From an uncultured Elusimicrobia bacterium (GTDB taxonomy: Bacteria; Elusimicrobiota; Elusimicrobia; 2-01-FULL-59-12), in the NCBI GenBank assembly GCA_963702895.1, contig OY969767.1:704001-768000 (forward strand): a stretch of 64,000 bases of DNA. Direction: 5' to 3'. The notes beneath the pieces were generated by a model, which worked only from the letters and a program-made list of their open reading frames with translations, did no database searches and was not told the origin of the DNA. Numbering within the stretch: the first letter of the stretch is position 1; every line of letters starts with the position of its first letter. Shown here piece after piece: positions 55,001-61,000 of the stretch. Made by a program: the position numbers and the translations under genes.

Positions 55001-58000
55001 ATCACCGTGCCCGCTTCCCCGACCCCGAAGACGGTTGTCGTGGCCATTGCCAAGAATCTGATCAGTGTGCCGGTCTTTCTGGTCAGCTTCTTACGGCATG
55101 GCGTGACGCCGCAAGAGCGCGCCGAGAAACGTGCCATCGATGAGCAACAACGCGCCCTCGAAGAGCAACAACGCGCCCAGGGACAGAAGCCCCAAAGCGC
55201 CCCGAAGAAGCCCATGAGCGAGCGCGAGAAGCGTCTGGATGAACTGGAAAGAAAAGCCCGCGAGGCCGAGGAGCAGGCTCTCGCGGCCCAGATTGCCCTC
55301 GAGCTTGAGCAAGGGGGACCGGGCGTCCAGGTGATCAAAAATAACGCCGGCCAGGTCATGCTCTTCACGGAAGTTCAAGGGGCTAACCCCGCGGGGCCAA
55401 GCCGCCGCTATTTCCTTGTCCGGCCCACGCCCCAGACCATCAAGGACCTCGTGAACTGGCAGCCTGGCCGCAGGGACCAGGAGATCTCGACCCTGACGGG
55501 ATCGTTCCTTGCCCCGATCCTGGTCGCGGCCGACCTCATCAAAGTCGGCGATCTCCATGAATTGGCGGTCACGGAGTACAACAGCGCGAACGGCAAAATC
55601 CTACGCACCTACCACGTCGGCGGAGAAGGCGTCCAGGCGCTGGTGCAGGCGCGGGACACGAACCTCAACCAGGATCTGGTCGGCCAGATCGCGTGGCAGT
55701 TCCTGATATCGGACTTCGTTCTTGGGCTCGGCTTCTCGGGCACGGCGGGCCAGCCCGGCCGCTTGAATCAGGATTGGATGCTTCGCAACATGGGCCGCAA
55801 TTTGAAGGACCTGAGCAGCCCCATGTATGACGTGAGCGCTGTTTTCGGCCATTCTGCTTTCACGGTCCGCGGCGCCTACGCCTACGATTCGCAGAGTTCC
55901 GCGGGCGTGGCCGCCTTGTCGGCGCCACTTGGCGAAAACGCTTCGGCGGGTGTGGGCGGGAAGGTGAACACGACCGGTAAGAGCACCACCATCATCCCTT
56001 TTGGGCAAGTCTCTTACAGCCACCGGAGCGATGCGGAGGGGCTGCTGACCCGCGTCTCCGCCTATTTCTCCCAGGACCAGGACTATATCGACCTGATGCA
56101 GAACCTGAACCGCTCGAGCGCCGTCCAGCTCCGCGTCTTTTATGGAGCGGGCGGACAGCTGGAATTCATGCCTGTCATCAACATCCAGAACGGAAGATGG
56201 GTCTTGGCTGCCAACATAGACCGCCACAACATCGAGCCGTCCTTCACCGCAAGATGGGTGATCAAACATGATCTGGCGGTGCGCATCAACGGCATGTTGC
56301 ACGACGAGCGCAATTACGCGACGTATGTCAATCTGATCAAGACCCTCCCGCGAGGGGGCGAGTACTATGGAGGGGTCCGCGCGACCTCCGAGCAGTCTGT
56401 TCAGATGGACCTTGGCGCGTCGACGAGGCTCAGGAGCCTGACCGTGGAAGGCATGATGCTCTTTGAACTGGAGGACCTCGCAAGAATCTCCTGGGGATTG
56501 CAAGTGGCGCAGCACATCGGACACCAAGGCGGGTCGTCCTGGAGCGCGAGCGTCGGCGGCGACGGGCAAGACAGCTCGCGCTGGGCGTTCATGTTCCAGC
56601 AGACGCTCACGCCTCTGCGTAAACTCTATGGTTTGCCGGGCGCCCCGGCGCCGGGCGTGCCGCCGGGCGAAAAGGACGGGGTCTCGGCGCCATCTGCCGC
56701 CGGCGGTTTCTCGGAGGCCCTGGCCCAAACCTTGGGCGAGAATGCCGCCGCGGAAAAACTCTTTGACCAGATCACCCGCTCCCTCTCGACGGATGCCAAG
56801 GACCTCAAGCAAGCGGCCGAGGCCCTTCGCCGGGAACTGGTCCGCCTGCCGCCCGAGGAACAGGCGCGCCTCGGGCCGCTGGTCCAGGGCCTACTGGACG
56901 TGATCGAAGGGCTGCCGCAAGGGATATCGGTCCTACAGAAAGCAAGCCAGTCCGTCGTGGGGAAAATGGAAGCGCAGCTGGTGCAAATTGACAGGGAGCT
57001 GGAAGCGCTCGCCCCTCGTCATGCCGGCAGCGCCCCAATCCAGTCCACGCGGAAGTCCCTGCGCGAAAAGCTTGACAAGGTGTCGAAAATCCACGCGGAG
57101 GTCCATAAAACTTTTCAGGACTACCTCAAGGCGCTGCAGGACGTGCAAAAGGGCCGGCAGACGCTCCAGGCCCTGGGCATTCAGACGGACCTCTCGGAGC
57201 TGCAGCAGGCCCGCGGAGAGTACCTCAGGAGCATTGAAGCGGTCCACCGGATCTCCCAGGTGCCCCGCAGTGCGCGCTCCTCGCAAGACCGGAACGAATG
57301 GAGGCGCTTTGTCGAGCTGCGGCGCTCGCTGGATCCCATAGTCCAGGATTTCCTTCGCTCGGCGCAAGCCGAGGTTTCGTCCGATGCCCAGCGCGCCTGG
57401 CTGGATTACTTTGTGATTTGGGATTGGATGAATCCGGAAAAGCCGCAAGCCGCCGAAGTGATGAACGTGATGAAGGGCCTCCTGCCGCATCTGGACCGCC
57501 TGGGTCAGTTGGACATGAACAAGAGTGGAGCGCGCGAGCTTCTGGACCAGATCGCGAGCGCCATCCTCATCGGGAAGGTCGACCCCCAGAGCGTCTATGC
57601 GCTCCTCGACCGTGCGGCCGAGATGCTGCCGTCCTTTGCCCGGATGCAAGGCAGCAGTGCCTTTGACCTCAACCGATCGGGCGACCTGCTGGAACTTTTG
57701 CGGTGGGTCCATGGCAACGAGATGGCCGTTGACGCTGTCCAGAAGGACATCCGCCAGGAGAAGCTGCCTGAGTCCCTGGGGACGGTCCGCCAGGGCGCAC
57801 AGGTCCGAGCCGAGATCTTGAAGGATGTCGCCACGCTCTTGCGCCAGATCATCCAAGAGGCCGATCCGGATGGCGAGCAGTTCCGTAGGAGTGATCCACA
57901 ACACCAAGCGCTTTTTGACAACGCCCTCAATGTCCTGGCAGATGCCATCCTGAAGGACGCCTACCTCCGGGGAGCAAGCGTTCCCAAGGCCATGCTCTCC

Positions 58001-61000
58001 GCTCAGATTCACTATTTTGACCTGCTGCTCCAGCTCATCGGGAAAGACAACCTCCAAGGTTTCAACATCGTCGATTATCTCCGGCATCTCACGAATGAAA
58101 AGACCGATACGTCTTATATCCGTTTGGCCTATTGGGCAATCTACGCGACACACAAAGACATTGTCGGCCTAGGAGGCGCGGGGGTGCGCGAGCACTTCCA
58201 ACGGATGCTGAATCTGCGCGAGAGCGTCCGGGAGGCCGGTCTCTTTGGCCGCAATCAGGAGGGCCAGAACCGCGCCTTTGACCCGGAGCGCCAGGAAGAC
58301 GGAGAGCTGTTGAGTTATCTCGCGTCCTTCCTCAGTTTCCATGTGCGCTGGTTCGACAAGCCAGTGAATCTTTCGGGCCTCGTTTCCCTGATGAAAGGGA
58401 TAACACTGAGTTTTCAAGCGCCCTTCGTCTTTTTGCCTGCGCGCTTGGCCAACAACACGATGGAGCCTTCGGACCTTGCTTTGCTGATCGAACAGGCGGG
58501 GCGCCTGTGGGGGAAAGACCGCGCGCCGGAACCCGATGAGCTCAAAACACTCGTAACCAACGCTGCCACCCTCATCGGCATTGAGAAGCTGGGATCCAGC
58601 AAGGACCGCCGCAGCCTCCAGGCGCTGGAGGAGTACAGCCGGCTGGGCGAGCTCATCGATGCCGTCAAGGCCGTTTGGGAAGTGCAGCCCGCCGGCCTCG
58701 GGACCGACCGCGGCGTCGGGGCGGCCCTGGGCTATGAGATTGACCGGGTGGTCGACAAGCGCGAGACCGTTTCACACCGCCTCCAGATTCTCCAGACGCA
58801 GGCAGCCATCAAGAGCCAGCTTGAGGCAATCCTCAAACGGACGCTCCTGCCGCAAACACAGGACCTCGACCTGCTCGACCGCTGGGCCGGGGTTATTCTC
58901 GCGCGCTCCCAGGACACCGACCCCTTGTCGTATTTGAGCCAGTACCAGCGGGAGCTTGCGCCGCTCTTTGGCCGGCAGGAATCCGAAGGGCTGGATCTCC
59001 AGGATCCTGAGGCTTTTAGGATCGTCAACGATCTGGCGATCAACCACGCGATGCGCGCGGGCACCGTCAAGGACGTGGTCCCTCATCGCCAGGGCGACGA
59101 AGTCGAAGTGGAGGTTTCGTTGCCCGGCGTTGTCAAGGCCATGCGCGAGCTGCTTGACGTGTGGCTTCTCGCAGAAGGAAATGGCGAGCGCCACCTGCGC
59201 CTGAAGGACCAAGAGGCGTTTGCTTCGCTGCAGAAATGGGCCATTCGCCACTTGATGGCTGCACGGCTGGGCTATGCCGAAGACTATGTACCCAAGATCC
59301 TCGCGGCGGCCCATGAAGTGCGTCCTATGGTCGAGGCAGAAGAAAGCGGCCGCCTGGCTCCGAACCGGACGCGCGGTGCGCGCGCCAGTTTTGACAAGTC
59401 GCCGCTCCTCGCGGTTCTTGCCGAGTGGCGGATCCAGAACCCGCAGGCAAGCCCCGAGGATATCCGCCGGGTCATTCAGGAGTTCTCCGACAAAAACCGG
59501 ACCGAGACAGGCATCCGGGGACATTCCCAGCAAAAGGAAAGACAGCGAAATCCTTTTCTAGAGTGGATCCGGGCTCTCCGAGAAGGTCCGCCGGTTCAGA
59601 AAGCGCTACCGGGCAATGACGCGAATCGCGCCCCCACGCCCCGGCCGGATGCTGGAAAGCCGGCCACAAGCGCTCCAGCGGTGCCCGTCCGCGCCAGCGC
59701 TCAAGCCGCGCCCCGCGAGGAAGCGCAGCCGCGCGAGTCCCTGACGGCGATTCTTCCCCCCAGTCGCACGATGGTGAAGCGCTCAAGCGTGCGTGCTGAA
59801 GGGCGCAAAAAAGCTGTCGACGAAGAAATTGCCTTTCCTCCTGGCTTTGACAAGGTCAACGTCTCCTTTGTTATCCCGGTTCTTCCGCTTTTCCTCCTCT
59901 CGCGTCTCTTAGGGCGCAAGCACAGGGGCTATTCGCGCATTGCCTTCTCGTTGGGCGTCGTCGGCATTGTTCTCTTGGTCCCTTCCACGGCCGAAGCCCA
60001 GATGCCCCCGGGCGCCCTCACGCCGGACGGCCAGGATCTTCTTGATGCCATACGTGAATTCAGGGAGCCCTGGCGCCTGGGCTATTTCAATGATGATTGG
60101 GGCACCAAGATTGCTGCCATCGGTATTCCCACTCCTGCCGATATCAGTAAACTGAACGATGTAGCGTTCATCTATGGGGGGGCCGCGGACGAGTATTTCG
60201 CCTTGGTCTACGACCGGGTTCACGAACTCGTGGAAGGCTATGTCATGCCGAAGGGTTATGAAACGCCTTTCTTTGTTCTTTCGGGAATCCCCGTCGACGC
60301 GCGTGGCGTCACCGCCGACAATATCCTCGGGCTCAGGCGTTATGTCGACGCGCGCGATTACAATTTTGAGGACAATCAGAAAGCTCTCGAGCTCATTGAC
60401 ACCTTGCTGCGCGACGACTTCCTGAATAGGGCCTTCAAATACCTGAAGGGAATCTCCGTTGAGGACGGAGTAGCCTTGGGGCGCGGCCAGGTGCAGAGCA
60501 TTTTCACGATCTTTCATCCGGATATATCCCCATTGCCTTTACCGGATGGTACGGTTTGGCCAGTTCCTTTCTCCGAATATTCGCTTGCTTCCTTCACCGG
60601 GGCCATGCGCGAGCTCTATGAGATGCATCTTGATTTCAGTCGCGCAGGGCTCGGGGCCGCTTTCCGGGTCCTCTTTCATGACATCAACATCGATGCCTCC
60701 AAAGTCCAAACCCCCGGCAGTGAAGCCTTCCTGATGTCCTTGGTGGGGACCATGCCCTATAAGCCCGAACAGATTCGCCAGGCCCTGATCATGATTAAGA
60801 CGGCCAACCCTGCTTATGTAAGTGCGTTCCGCTATGTCCATGGGTTAAACATCGCCTATGGGAACACGCTCACCGAGGAAGAACGTGATAAGTTCTTTGA
60901 GATCATGAACCCCGGGGGTGTCATGCTGGAAGGGGAGAAACTCACGGAGCACCTGGAGGCGGTGGAGAAGATTTATGAGCTGCATGAGGCGTTCAAAGGC

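Noticed and set aside
59230..59310. Lytic transglycosylase motif (YAEDYVPKI) in giant 2
   Set aside because: Other SLT motifs (catalytic ES, GLMQ, AYNAG) not found nearby.
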